A stretch of 63,080 nucleotides of DNA, counting the filler, from Cercozoa sp. M6MM (lineage: Eukaryota > Protista > Endomyxa: Ascetosporea): the NCBI GenBank assembly GCA_040357565.1. It is 10 parts of 10 records of this genome, joined end to end, with 100 filler letters (N's around TTAATTAATTAA, not from the genome) between each part and the next. Parts side by side here need not be neighbours in the genome. Positions count along the whole stretch, not along the records: positions 1 to 18,487 come from JBDODJ010000234.1; positions 18,588 to 23,449 come from JBDODJ010001032.1; positions 23,550 to 33,303 come from JBDODJ010000465.1; 7 more parts are not named here. One strand, 5' to 3'. The notes below the pieces were generated by a model, which worked only from the letters and a program-made list of their open reading frames with translations, ran no database searches and was not told where the DNA came from. The position numbers were made by a program, and so were the translations under genes. Below, one piece after another: positions 12,203 to 24,190 of this stretch. The first letter of the stretch is position 1, and each line of letters starts with the position of its first letter.

Positions 12203-14629
12203 ATGCAAACGCTGCGACGTCCACGAGAGCAGACAGGAGTCCAGAGAGACCACAAACGGCGCCGCGTGTTGGCGCCAATCGACGAGAATCGCGCAATCTC
12301 TCTCGCAGAAGCGCTCAACGGGTCGAGTTTTGGCGCGTCGCCGCAGAAAGACACGGCGCATGTGCGCGTGCCATCGCCGATGCCGTCTGTTCGAAAGAAG
12401 CAGCGGTCGCTGCGAGCAGCTTTGTCGTGCGAGACGTCAGTTTCGAGCGACGACGAAGCCAACGAAACCGTCAGCACGATCGGCATCGAGGTGACAAATT
12501 CGCTGAAGCGTCGCAGTGTCGGCGGCAGCTTTCTGCGCGCGAGTGACTTTGAGTTCGACTCGTGCGCTGCCACACTACAGTCAAACGGCAATTTCCATGA
12601 CGAAAATGACAGTGAGACGGCAGAGACGGTGCAGGTGTCGACGCCCAAGTTCGGTGCCACATTGAGTATGCAGATGGGCTCGGTCGGAACAATGACAAGT
12701 CAGAGTCTGGAGGCACGCGACTTTGAGCGACAGTTCGGCACGCCGTCGCCGGACTCGGCCGAGCTGGCTCGGTGCCAGGACGGGTCTTCCAACTCCTACT
12801 CCCGAACAGGTGCGTCCGAGTCGCTGTCGGAACGATTCGCGCGGCTCAAAAAACTGCACGACGAGGACGACATTGGCGAGCTGCGTCTTCTGCTCGGCGA
12901 GCAGAGTCATTTGTGCACTCTAACATTTTAGCTACCCCCTGTCCCTTCCTTACTCTACTTTTACACCTCTGATAGATCAACGCTGCGCCGGGAGATTGAG
13001 ACCTTCGAGTCGATGCGAACGCGAGTGGTGGACGAACTGGCGCGCTCGCATGTGCAGGAGATGGAGGTGTTTTCTTTCCTTTCCCACTGTCTGTCGTGCA
13101 CCTGAGTGAGATTTATAGAGCGCTGTGGAAGAACGTGTTGAAGAGAAACACGACGTTGCAAAACGTTTGCTGGAGTTGCAGCAGAGTATATGCGTGTTTA
13201 CCCCCCCCCCCCCCCCCCGCGTACCATTGCCTTCCTGTCTCTGTAGACACCGCTTCGGTCGCCAGCACTGCTCGTACGCAGCGCCGCTCAATCGTTGAGC
13301 GAATGCAGTACGCCCATCTGGTACCTTGCTGTACTCTTTTATCTATACATACAACAACAATGGCAAGCTCTCTGACCGATATCCTTGATTTTTACGATAC
13401 ACTATGTTGTATAAACCGTATGTTTGCACAGTCGACGCTCAACCTCCAGCGCAAGAAGCTGTACAGTTCTATCTATACTATGCCACGTTTGATGCGCGCA
13501 GTACCTAGTGTCATTGTTGTTTGTGCGTGTGTTGCTGACATAGCGAGCTGCAGCTGCTGCAGGTCCAAGTCGCCGATCTTGAGAAGTCGAAGCGAGTCTG
13601 CGAAGGTCGCAACGAGCAACTCGAGCACGACGTTACCGAACTGAAGCTGCAGATTGACGATCTGCAGCAGAAGCACGCTCGTGTACTTGCAAGCATCGAT
13701 GCTGCCAAAAAGTACCGGCAGCGCGAGCGAACGCAGCTCCTGCAGCAGATTGCTCAACACAAGGAACGTCAGGTAGGGTGACTCACGGAAGGAGGGTAAG
13801 AACGCAATGGTTGTCCCGCAGTGTGAGTCGGAAGCAGCGCAGCGCGTGAAAGACGCGCTCGACGCTGAACTCGATCAGCAGCGACTCATCGAATTCGAGC
13901 GGCGCAAACGCAAACACTTGAGCGCGTACACTGATGTTGTCTGTCTTAAGTTTATCCCCAACTCATAAACATATAGTCTAGAAACACTAAACATGGACTA
14001 CCGACACGAGATGTCAGGTACCCGAGGAACTCCTCTCCATCACCAAGTGTTAAAGTGCGTGTATGCTGTTGGGAGAGCAGAGGTTCGCAAGCAACTGCAC
14101 CCGCAGCACCGAGCCGAAATGCGCGAGCTCGCCAAAAGCACCCGCAGCGACGAACTGGATGCGCGCGAACTGCGCCAGCTCACGCAGCAAGTGCTCCAGG
14201 AGTGAGCTCGAGTTTTGCTTCCTTCCCTCACGTCTGCCTTTCCCATAGCCGTCTAAATTAATGTGCGCAGGGTCGCCCTGTCGCGTCAGCGAGAGGAAGA
14301 ACTCACCGCGGTTTGCAAGCACCGTCGCCAAGTGGCTCACAGCAAGGTGGGCTTCCATAATAACTTGTCGGGTACACGTAGCGGGTATCTGTTGTTGTGC
14401 TGTTGGATGGACAGCTCGGCCGTGCCGCACGCCTGAAGGAGCAGTGGCAGCACTTCCTGGACGCCAAGGTGTGTCTCCTTTCGCACTGTCTCTTCAGTCT
14501 TCGGCCCAAACGCTTTGTGCTCAGAGCAAGGAGGTCGACAGTCTCGCACAGGAAATCCGTCGCGTGCAACTCCCGATTGGACGCGCCGACGTTGCCAGAC
14601 GCGGCTCCTGCGCTGAGCCCACTACATAA
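12203..14629 (+). CDS. Hypothetical protein: disordered N-terminus and coiled-coil C-terminus (multi-exon)
   Basis: 242-aa first-exon ORF, followed by GT-AG-flanked heptad-rich exons (ELQLLQVQVADLEKSKRVCEGRNEQLEHDVTELKLQIDDLQQ; LDGQLGRAARLKEQWQHFLDAK; SKEVDSLAQEIRRVQ...EPTT*). Confidence 0.65.
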
Positions 14630-14677
14630 CCCAGTCCGAGGGAGATCGACCGCCCATGGCTTCCAACTCGGCTCGGT

Positions 14678-15136
14678 TGTTACGGTATGGAAACCAGTAA
14701 CTACGGTATTGAAGACGACTAAATAAAGGAAGTAACACGTCAGTTAGAATGGTGTCGATGCGGAGGATTACAAGACATACCCTTGTAGAAAAGGTCGTCG
14801 AAAGCTCGAAGGCTTGTTGATGGCAATTAAAAGAACAGCCCAGGCACTATCACGGCAGAACGTATCAAGTGCGAAGGGACAAGAGCTCCGTAGAAGGAAG
14901 CTGGAGAAGAGATACCTGCAGTCAAAGTGCGTGAGCTGTAGAAAGCTTGACCCAAGCTAGGAAGTCAGGTCTGCACAACACTTGACAATGCAAGGTAGAA
15001 GCCTCGGGATGTAATGCAGGAGATACCTAGCAAAACAAATCCTTCACTATTAACCATGCTGGTTCAGATTTGATCGTCCGCGCTGGCGAGTAGTCAGATG
15101 ACAACTTGACTGGTTGAGAAACGCTATGCCGTAACA
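14678..15136 (+). mobile_element. Solo LTR-like element, copy 1 (459 bp)
   Basis: Starts TGTTACGGTAT and ends ATGCCGTAACA (TG...CA with an 11-bp near-perfect inverted terminal repeat). Extensive identity to copies at 36378, 48565 and 43776(rc). Confidence 0.8.
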
Positions 15137-15247
15137 AACTCGGCGTTAACTGAGCTAAACTAAGCACTGATCGTGACGACTATGACGACTATGAGACTGT
15201 AATTAAAGAGCCGTGACGTAGCGAGCACTTCGAGTGTGTGCTCACAT

Positions 15248-15684
15248 CTACATCTTCTTCATGACCTCCAGATCCGGGCCGGTCTGGTCGAGCTCCTGCA
15301 GGAGCTGCACCGTCGAGCAGCAGCCGAGGCAGCCGCCGAGCAGGCAGTCCGTCTTCCAGTCGCCCTCGAGGCCCTTGGAGGTGCGCACGATGTTGCGCGC
15401 CTTGGCGGGACCGACGCAGCAGCAGTTGAAGATCCACGGCGTGTCCGTGCCCTGCTCGGCGGCCGACACGACCTGACCGTTGGCGCACGGCTACAAGCAG
15501 CAGCATACAATAGTCGCCTTATCCCCAAGCTTGTCTCAGTGAGATACCATGCAGCAGAAGCCGTACAGGCAGGTCACGGGACCCGTGGCGAACATGCCGG
15601 TGGCGAAACCTATTGAGAGTCAAGAGTGACGAGGTCTAACAGCTGGTGTAGCGTGGCAGCTGTACCTTGCTTCCAGGCGGACAT
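15248..15684 (-). CDS. PLAC8/cornifelin-family Cys-rich membrane protein (3 exons)
   Basis: Spliced MSAWKQGFATGMFATGPVTCLYGFCCMPCANGQV...CCCVGPAKARNIVRTSKGLEGDWKTDCLLGGCLGCCSTVQLLQEL; contains the CCxPC and D-C...CC...Q..EL PLAC8 motifs. Confidence 0.88.
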
Positions 15685-16399
15685 TTTCGTAGTCTCGTTT
15701 CCTCTGTTTAACAAGAATATAACAGCAATCACGGACCGAACCGAACAGAACAAAAGCAGCAGAACAATCACACAACGATCACAGCCGATCTTGATCGATC
15801 AGGCACATGGCAAGACAACATGGCAAAACAATCACAAAACGATCACAGCCGATCGTGATCGATCAGGCACACGCCAGAATGTGCAAAAAACAACGAGTCC
15901 TCAGCGAACGGACCGCGCACAAAAAGCAACTGCCAAACACGGCAAGCGCGAACGCGCCGTTCTGATGCAGTCGCGGCGAATCACAAAGGACAAGCCCGCA
16001 ACGCCAAAAAAGCAAGAACTTTGCACACACGTCTCGCAGCTGCACCTACAGCGCACAAAGTGCCCAGGAACTCGCTTACCAATGGAATGCCTCAAAATGA
16101 TGTGGTTGAAGATCTTCGTTGGGAGCGCCGGATTTCCTTAACAAAGAAATTTCTTGCTCTGTGCTCCTGCAGAAACGTCAACCCAGTCACAAAATGTCTG
16201 GGAAACAATCACGCGGGTGGCGCCGTACCTGTTTCAGCCGGGTAATGGAACACAACGACACGAAGCGAAGCAGGAAGCCAGGAACCAAGCCGTTTCTCGA
16301 ACGACCAGTGGACAGGGGGAGATGATGACCGGTCACCAATGCTCCAACGACTAACGGATAATGTGGTAGCATTGAACACACACAACATCAAACCCAATG

Positions 16400-17690
16400 A
16401 AGCAACTACAACATCACTCTGCGCTACAAGGTCCGTTCGGGCTGGCGTCGTTACGTTAATTTTCTGACTGCTAATGATACCAACATCAAACAACCTACTC
16501 GGCTGGCTAAATTTATCAGTCATGCCCGGTAACCTAACGATTGAGTGTTGCCTAGCTTGGCAAACCCTGTGTTTGGTAGAGTGGCGAGCAGCTCGAAACT
16601 GCTGCAAGAATTGAAACAGCCCTCTTTCCAGATGCCGGGTGCACACCAAAGCAACTGACCCGCTCTATCTTGAGCAGGCAAGAGGTTTCTTTTGTTTGTC
16701 TTTGAACAAACCTAACATGAACTACTGTATCCGCGCGGAAGCAACCCTACAACTTAATAAAATCCTCAAGGGAGGTGTGGAAGATTTTTGACGTGTGTTC
16801 GCTGGGAAGCCTTGAGCAAGCTTTTGGCAGCTGAACTCAAAGAAGGGCTCTCTCGACCAGGGGCCCTTCCTTTCTTTACTTCACGCCAACCCAAGTACTT
16901 CTGAATCCTCACTACCCAGTTCCCACGACGCCTTTCCGTCTCAAGGACCCTTTTTACTGACTGTCCTTTCTACAGTTTCCATCTGACGGGTGCCTTTCCC
17001 GTCCACCATCAGTGCTTCGCCGCCCAACTGAACCGCCGGGGTAACTCACTCTTTCAAACTGACACTTGGCCACTCTCCCTCCAAGAACAGACTTTCTTAC
17101 GTTCCTTAGTTTTTTGTTTGTATCACTGGCAAAGTACCCTTAATTTACGAAGGCCTGATCCCTATCTGAGGGCTGCGGTATGTTGATTGTGAGATTGTCA
17201 ATTTTAGTGAAGACAACGACTAAAGAAAAGTAAGAATGTAAGGTCGTTTAATTTAGTGTTCGTTCGACGTCTCAATAAACCGAAAGATATCAGAAGAGAG
17301 AAGGTTACCCCAAGGTAGGGCCGTCGTTACGGTTGAGAGTGTTGAGAGGCTTGTTCGATGATTTAAAAAAAACCTCTTGCCTGGTGCTAGAAAGAGGGCC
17401 TTCATTCAATCCTTGCAGCAGTTTCAAGCTGCTCACCACTCAGCTCTCAACCTTAGCAAAACACTTCAATTCTTATTTTGGCATGACTGATAGTTGCTTC
17501 CACGCGGAGCAAGTAGTCAGCCGAGTAGGTTGTTTGATGTCGACAGTAACACGTAATACTCTCAACTGTAGCGACGCCCCTACCTTGGAGCTTTTAGGAA
17601 ACCAACTAAATTTAAGTAACTTAGTTCCCCTGCACAAGAGCATGGCCGTGTCTACCGCCCGCCTAGGGTAGCCATGCAGCTCCCCTTTTG
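16400..17690. mobile_element. Rearranged Ty3/gypsy-like retrotransposon remnants (integrase fragments in both orientations plus an LTR fragment)
   Basis: Plus strand 17305-17460 reads PQGRAVVTVESVERLVR*FKKNLL...LQQFQAAHHSALNLS (integrase VERxxRTxK...TPHS motif). Minus strand ~16570-16700 reads LERGLFQFLQQFRAARHST. 16724-16860 matches the interior of the LTR at 48565; 17610-17670 matches 43240-43330(rc). Boundaries are approximate. Confidence 0.7.
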
Positions 17691-17772
17691 ATGCTCCCCA
17701 ACAACGAGCATGACGGGACGTTTCTGTACTAAGTTTCAGTCTGTTCGACTTTCCGGTCGCCAGTCGAGAGGA

Positions 17773-18469
17773 TTAGAGCGAGCTAGCCGGCGCAATGAGC
17801 GCCTGCAGCTTTTGCTACACACATACAGATAGACACAGATATAGGCAGGCAGAAAGGTGGTACCGCGAGCATCATGTTGCCCTTGAGCTTGAGCTTGCCC
17901 TGTGAGAAGGCAGCCTGCGCACACACGGAAAGGTAACGGGGAGGGAACGTGATGTCGGGTGCGCATAGGGCGCATGGACACTACCATCGGGTTGAGCTTG
18001 CCGGCCATGAGCTTGGCGAAGTCGTCGTCGTTGATGATGACTGTACAGTCGGCTGAGGCACCGGCGGCGCCTTCCGTGATGCTGCCGCTGCCGCTCTTGA
18101 GGTCGACCAGGAAGCTCTTCTTGGCGTCGCCCTTGCTGATCTCGAACAAAAAGGTGCAACCCACCTTGGCCACCACGGCCGGCGTCAGGCGCTGCAGTAT
18201 CCAAAAAGGCATACAGGGAGGGGGGGGGAGCGGTATCTAGAACGCACCTTCTTGAGCTCAGCAAACACGCGATGAGTTGGTATGCCTGTCGGCGCCGCAG
18301 CGGCCGGCTTCGTCTGCTTCATCGCCTTGACAAGCACCTGCAGCTTTTGCTGCCACACACGTACACACATAGACAAAAGAGTATCCCTTGGCCCTAATCG
18401 CACCACACAAAGGTACCGCAAGCATCATGTTGCCCTTGAGCTTCAGCTTGCCCTGCGAGAAGGCAGCCT
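17773..18469 (-). CDS. Peroxisomal protein with at least two tandem SCP2 sterol-carrier domains (5' partial)
   Basis: Two copies of AAFSQGKLKLKGNMMLA|QKLQ; domain core VVAKVGCTFLFEISKG..FLVDLKSGSGSITEG...ADCTVIINDDDFAKLMAGKLNPM; C-terminus -ASSL* (PTS1-like). Confidence 0.88.
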
Positions 18470-18487
18470 GCACACGGGGGGGGGGGG

Positions 18488-18587
18488 NNNNNNNNNNNNN
18501 NNNNNNNNNNNNNNNNNNNNNNNNNNNNNNNTTAATTAATTAANNNNNNNNNNNNNNNNNNNNNNNNNNNNNNNNNNNNNNNNNNNN
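18488..18587. other. Artificial contig linker (N-TTAATTAATTAA-N); others at ~23494, 33348, 39565, 41663, 50117, 55301, 58467, 61907
   Basis: The same six-frame-stop linker embedded in N runs recurs nine times. Confidence 0.97.
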
Positions 18588-20297
18588 GGGGGGGGGGGGG
18601 GTAGAAACGAGAAAACAATACATGCAAGAGTTCACTCTGTTCAGAACTGTCCCAAGTCACTGCCGTCATCATCAACGACCCTGCCCATGCACAAAGGCAA
18701 GTGTAGGGAAGCAAGGTTATAGGAGGGGCCACACATATGGTACGGTAGGTGAGACACAGGTGCTCGGCATGCTCAGCACGCAGTCGGTGCAGCGACAGGT
18801 GCACTCGCAGCAGATTCTCGAGTCGGTGCGTAGCGACATCGTCGTCCTGTCCAGTTGGACAACAAAGCACGTAGTTATTACTGTAGGGTACAACGCATAC
18901 TTAGAACAGAGTGCCGTACATCCAGTTCGGCGTAATCCTCACTACAGCCACGCAGGTGCACCGACTCGCAGTGCTGATACTCGGAACCAACACTCGAACC
19001 AACACTCGAACCGTCGCATGAATCGTCACACGAACCGACACTGCTATTGTCGATCTTGATAAGACCCGTTTGATCGGTCAAACTGCTGTCATCCGCGATC
19101 ACGAGACTCGGGATAAATTCTTGTGCCCTCTCTGTCTGCACACACAGTGTTTTTGTTTTTAATTCTTCTTACTTGAGGAGAAACGCCACTACCGACATTC
19201 CGCACAACTGCCACGACTGCCGCAACGCCATTGCGTACGGACACTGGAAGAAACGCACTTGTACAGTGGACCGTCCGCGCGAACGCGAGTTTTCCCTCGT
19301 CCGCGCGGACAAAGACGAATCGCTTTTGTTTGCTTCGCCAACATCGAGCACAGCGCGAACACTGCGTAACTGCTCGCTTAGTCTCACTGCTCACAAACGA
19401 AAGCGAGTTATAACAAGACAAACAAGATTGTTGCGACAATGAACACTGAACACGCGTGTTTGAGCAGACATCAAAGAACACAGTACCAGCTGCAACGCGT
19501 GGTTTTCGCAAGCTGTCGTCGCCATTCACCAACACGTCGCGATCTGGACAGAAAAGCAAAGATTTTTAATTTGAACTGACGTTATAGGTATTGATTGACA
19601 GATGCGTCGCTACCTCGCAACAGAACGCTCGAAAGAAGAAGCGTCGACTGCAGCAAAACAGCAAAAACCACTGAAACAAGAAACGCCAGCATCGATCAAA
19701 ACAAAACGAAAAAGTACGCGCTGCGTGAAAACAAGCAAACGAGGCAGCCAACGACCAGCGCGTCGTTGCAGAACTGGCAGGCAGCGCACATCAGCTCGAC
19801 CTTGACTGAGAAGCAAACCTGTTTCCAGTTTTTTTTTTTAGTTTGGCGTAGCAACAGTTGTACACGGCAGAATCGAGTCGATCAGCGTAGTCTTGGTAGT
19901 TTTGGTATCGCTCGGCTTGAAATTGTTCACACTAGAGTAAAGTCCATTTAATGACCCCAAAACGAACGAAAAATGGAAATACGGCACAGCAGTCGCACAC
20001 GCGGACTCGACCTTTGATTCCCTGCACACACAAGAGCAAGCACTCCTTGTACACTTCAGCACACGCGATACACATATCTGACCATGTGGGACAGCTCGAC
20101 GCGATGTGTACTGCACGTGTGGCACACGACCTCGCCACAGCCCCTGAATTACACTTGATTAAAAAACCGTGTACATATACGAAGTGTCCAGGAACCTGCA
20201 GTGGTGCCGGCGGCGTAAAACGTTGAAGGACGCACCACAGGACATGCAGGCTACACACAACACACACACCTACACACACACATACACACACACACAC

Positions 20298-20354
<57 letters not shown>

Positions 20355-20821
20355 NNNNNNNNNNNNNNNNNNNNNNNNNNNNNNNNNNNNNNNNNNNNNN
20401 NNNNNNNNNNNNNNNNNNNNNNNNNNNNNNNNNNNNNNNNNNNNNNNNNNNNNNACACACACACACACACACACACGCACACACACACACGCACACACAC
20501 GTGATAAAGCCGCGAGCTACGCATCTGTCAATCAATACCTTTAACGTCATTGTCCGGCACCTGAGGGCAAGAATAATGCTCAATTATCACCCACAAAGTA
20601 AGCAAAATAGTATCGTGCGAGTACCCAAGTCGGCGCAGGACGCATGCCTTGGCTCATAGCACGAATTAGCACACTCCAGCTTACTCCTATATGTAATATT
20701 AGTTTGAGCGTGCAGCACAAAAGAATACAATCTCCATGAAATGACTACAGAGACGGAATTTAGAACTAAGATCACACGTGAGTTACTTTACTGGACTGAG
20801 TAATTAGTGTAAAATCGCTGA

Positions 20822-21400
20822 ATGGCTCAGCGGGAACCGGGGGTATCCTCTGGTGAGGCAATCACACAGTTCGCGCGGCAAGGTAGGCAGGCCGCTTGAT
20901 TTGCGGTTTTAGTACTTCACTTGTGCGGCAGAGTTCCCTGCCGAGCCGATCGAAAACAAGTCCGCCGAAGCTCTAGCGGAGGTAGACACGTCGATGCTGT
21001 TACCAAATGTACTAGTGGGTTTTCTTTACATCCTTAGGTGCTTGAGGATTTTGCCGAGCGTGTGTTGGAGGCTGCCACAAACTACGCCCTGCACAGGTGT
21101 TTCCCGAACCACGAGTGCCCTTTGATGAAAAATTAATTTTTGGTTGTTGTGGCCGCTGTGCTTGACAGAGGAGCGTCACAAGTGGAGGATGTCGACATCG
21201 CTCTGGCGTTGCGGAAACACTGGGGTATTTCGGTTCGCCCGGATGGCAAGCAGTGTCTCAAGGTACAAAAATTACTTTACCGTGTCTTGCATTCGTCTTC
21301 CTGTGTCCAACATGAGTGTTGTCAGGGCGTGTTGGCGAGGTCACATCGCGCCCGATTGGAGCAGCATGCCTCTCCTACTAGTAGCAACGGCACCGGATAG
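20822..21400 (+). CDS. TAF12: TFIID subunit TAF12-like histone-fold protein (5 exons)
   Basis: Spliced ...IENKSAEALAE|VLEDFAERVLEAATNYALHR|GASQVEDVDIALALRKHWGISVRPDG matches the remembered TAF12 segment [38 protein letters not shown]. Confidence 0.8.
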
Positions 21401-21535
21401 TTCCGTAAAGAAACCCACTTAACCGCAACTGAAAGACTGAGAATTGTTCCTTCTCCTTAACCGAAGTAATAAATTGCTCGACTCAGGACAGCCTAGCTCT
21501 ATAAAAACAAACGAAAAATCGGCGGCTGCTCTGAT

Positions 21536-21990
21536 CTACTCGGGCGAAAGACGCTCAAACTCTGGCTTCGTCAGCGTTTGCATCGTCACGCCGTGCACCG
21601 ACGCCAGGTGCTCGCCCAGCGCCTACCGGAACAATCCACACAACAAAAACAACACCAACAACATTGTTGTACCTTGTTGACGCGCATCTGTCTTCGTACC
21701 CGCGGCTGTTTTGAAAACGAATCCGACACGACGACAATATGGAAAAAGGAGCCACATCCGCCTGCACAATTACAGCAAGCATCCAAACATGTTAAACTAA
21801 TGTGTGGCTCTGCTACCACTCCGGTCCTCGACCTGCACGACACTGCCATCGCCAAACTCTTGCTGCAACAGCGACTGCAACTGTGCAAGGTCACTTCCAA
21901 ACGCAAACACATACGGCAAATGTAAATGCGCACCTCAGCGGCCGTAGCGTGCCATCGCGCACCGCGTGCGCGTAAAATTCGTGTCAGCAT
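21536..21990 (-). CDS. BOLA3: Mitochondrial BolA3-type protein (4 exons)
   Basis: Presequence MLTRILRARGARWHATAAE; VQVEDRS|GGCGSFFHIVVVSDSFSKQPRVRRQMRVNK|ALGEHLASVHGVTMQT carries the BolA3 SGGCG and HG motifs. Confidence 0.9.
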
Positions 21991-22138
21991 AGGTTCACAC
22001 ACAGCAGACGCGCTTAATAGTGTTCTGGAGCCGACTCAGCACTGCAAACGAGTGCTGATCACAAGAATTAAAACAATCTTTTTTCCCAATAACAGCCCGC
22101 CAATCCGTGCGGTAGACGCTCCTCGTTAGATCCTGGAT

Positions 22139-23374
22139 ATGCTGCATCGACTGGGGCAGTTGGGACGGCGCTATTTGCCGTCCGCGCAGTCATTCTCGAA
22201 AGTGCATTTGCTGATCAAACAGCCGGTACCGGTTTCCATCTTCAGTTTTGTGCCCAGGTGGTATGGACTGAGCCCTCACACGAGTCCCAACGTCGCACCA
22301 CGCAGGTAGACACTTTTGTCTGTGTGCCGTACTTTTCCGTGTACCCGAAAATGCAGGTATTGATGTCGTTGTTCGCGCCTGTCCCGCTTTTCTTCACCAT
22401 CTTCGCCGTGTGTGCCCGCTCGCCGACGATCCAGTCCGCTTTGTTTTTGTTTGGTGGCACTTGATTTTTTGTGTTCATCATTCGCTTGCAGGATGTACCT
22501 GCAAAAGAAGGTGCCGGCCTTTGGCAACTGGGTCGTGAGCTTAGAATGGACACTACCGTCGATCTATCGTATTTTTATGATCGATCGCTTCGCATGCGGT
22601 GTTTTCATTTTTTGTTTCTGTCCATAGAAAAAAACGGCGGCAGGTACAATAGTTACGCCGAAATGGCGAAAGACCTGAGCAGGGATGCGGTCACCCTGAC
22701 GGTGCGTTCATCATCGGGCATGCTTTTTTAAGATAATAATACATACAGCTGATTGTTTGTTTAGGCGGGTGTGGTTGGAACTTGTATCGGCAGTGGCAGA
22801 ACTGTGATCAAGCGGGCACAGTACGTCGTTCGGATCGGTATGCCTTTGTGTCTTTTGCACATTCAGCCCAAATGGTTGAACTGTTGATTGTTGGTGCCCA
22901 GTTTTGATGCCGCATGCCGATCGTGTGAGAGTGAGCACTGCTGGCATCTTTAAGCAGCGTAATTATGACATCCCTGCGGACGAGTTTTGCCTCGCACTTG
23001 GCTGGAGAACCACCGAAGATCTCGAGGAATTTAAGGCGGTAGCTTTGCAGCTTTTTCTGTGGGTGCTGGTATCAAGTTTATTTATTCACCACTCGTACAG
23101 AAACTCAGGGCTTCGAACCGAGAAGGTAAGTTTCTCTAGCCGGGAAGTTCTGTCTTTCAAGTTCATTTTCCTTGTCTTGACACCACAGCGGACGCTCTCA
23201 AAAAGCGCCCAGAGGAAGATGACGGCCACCTCAAGTTCAAGGTTCCTCTCTTCCGTTAAAACATATTGTGACCTGTTTATACAAATCAAGCACAGGCCGT
23301 TGGCACTGAAATCGAATGGCTGGCTTTCCGATCGGCTCCAGACTTCCCAGCCCTCCGCCAGTGGCTCAAGGTAA
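22139..23374 (+). CDS. Hypothetical mitochondrial two-TM protein, possibly TMEM223/TMEM70/TMEM186-like (many short exons)
   Basis: Arg-rich start MLHRLGQLGRRYLPS; hydrophobic exons LMSLFAPVPLFFTIFA and AGVVGTCIGSGRTVIKRAQYVVRI, then MPHADRVRVSTAGIF. The family call is tentative. Confidence 0.4.
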
Positions 23375-23398
23375 CACCACTTGCAGTTAGGTTGTATT

Positions 23399-23449
<51 letters not shown>

Positions 23450-23559
23450 NNNNNNNNNNNNNNNNNNNNNNNNNNNNNNNNNNNNNNNNNNNNTTAATTA
23501 ATTAANNNNNNNNNNNNNNNNNNNNNNNNNNNNNNNNNNNNNNNNNNNNAGGTAGGGAT

Positions 23560-23961
23560 ACTGTATGCGTCTTCATGGTGGCCGACATAGCTCGTCGGAA
23601 GTCGACGCCGTAGTGCCAGCCGTCCTTGTCACAGTCAGGTCGTTCCGTGTCCACGCGGAACTCCTCGTCAATCTGGGGGGGGGGGTAAGGGGGGTCAGAC
23701 CAGACACAAGCAACGCACCCAGTGCCACTTGATGCCGTCGCTCTCTTCCGGCAGCTCCACCTCCTCGCGGACGCGCGCTTCACCACTCAGCAACGTCCAT
23801 GGCTTCGGGTCCAGCAACAGGCCCTTCGTGGGCCGCCAGCCCAGGCCGAGGAACCACCTCTATGCGCACATAAAAACCGATTATCCTCACAGTCGATCAT
23901 GCAAATAGGGCGAACTGACCTGGTTCTCTAAAACGACCTCCTTTTCGGTTACTACCGGCAT
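23560..23961 (-). CDS. Dysferlin (DysF)/Pex24-type domain protein, N-terminal part (3' partial)
   Basis: MPVVTEKEVVLENQ|RWFLGLGWRPTKGLLLDPKPW...VELP...KWHW|IDEEFRVD...DKDGWHYGVDF carries the DysF ENQR-W-GW and D.DGW.Y..DF motifs. Confidence 0.85.
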
Positions 23962-24190
23962 GATTGTAAAACAATAAAGAGATTCACGCGTCTGCTCTCA
24001 CCTGTGCCTTTCGAAGCAAGGCCGAGGTTGTTTGGCAAACATTTAAGGGGACGATCACAATTGCCTGAACCAGTGTATCACGCGTTTAACACACGTCAGG
24101 TCGACGTGAATTAGTGTTCGCACGCTGTAGCGCCGATCCGCAGACGAAATCATAACTGATCGCGACTGACTGCGCGCAATCATCTTGAGG

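Noticed and set aside
18600-20250. Possible exon fragments on both strands, including a potential GC-AG intron at ~18697
   Set aside because: The reading frame is ambiguous and there is no recognisable family, so it is not supportable without transcripts.
4721-21990. ISCU and BOLA3 as an Fe-S gene cluster
   Set aside because: They are separated by an artificial contig linker; linkage is not supported.
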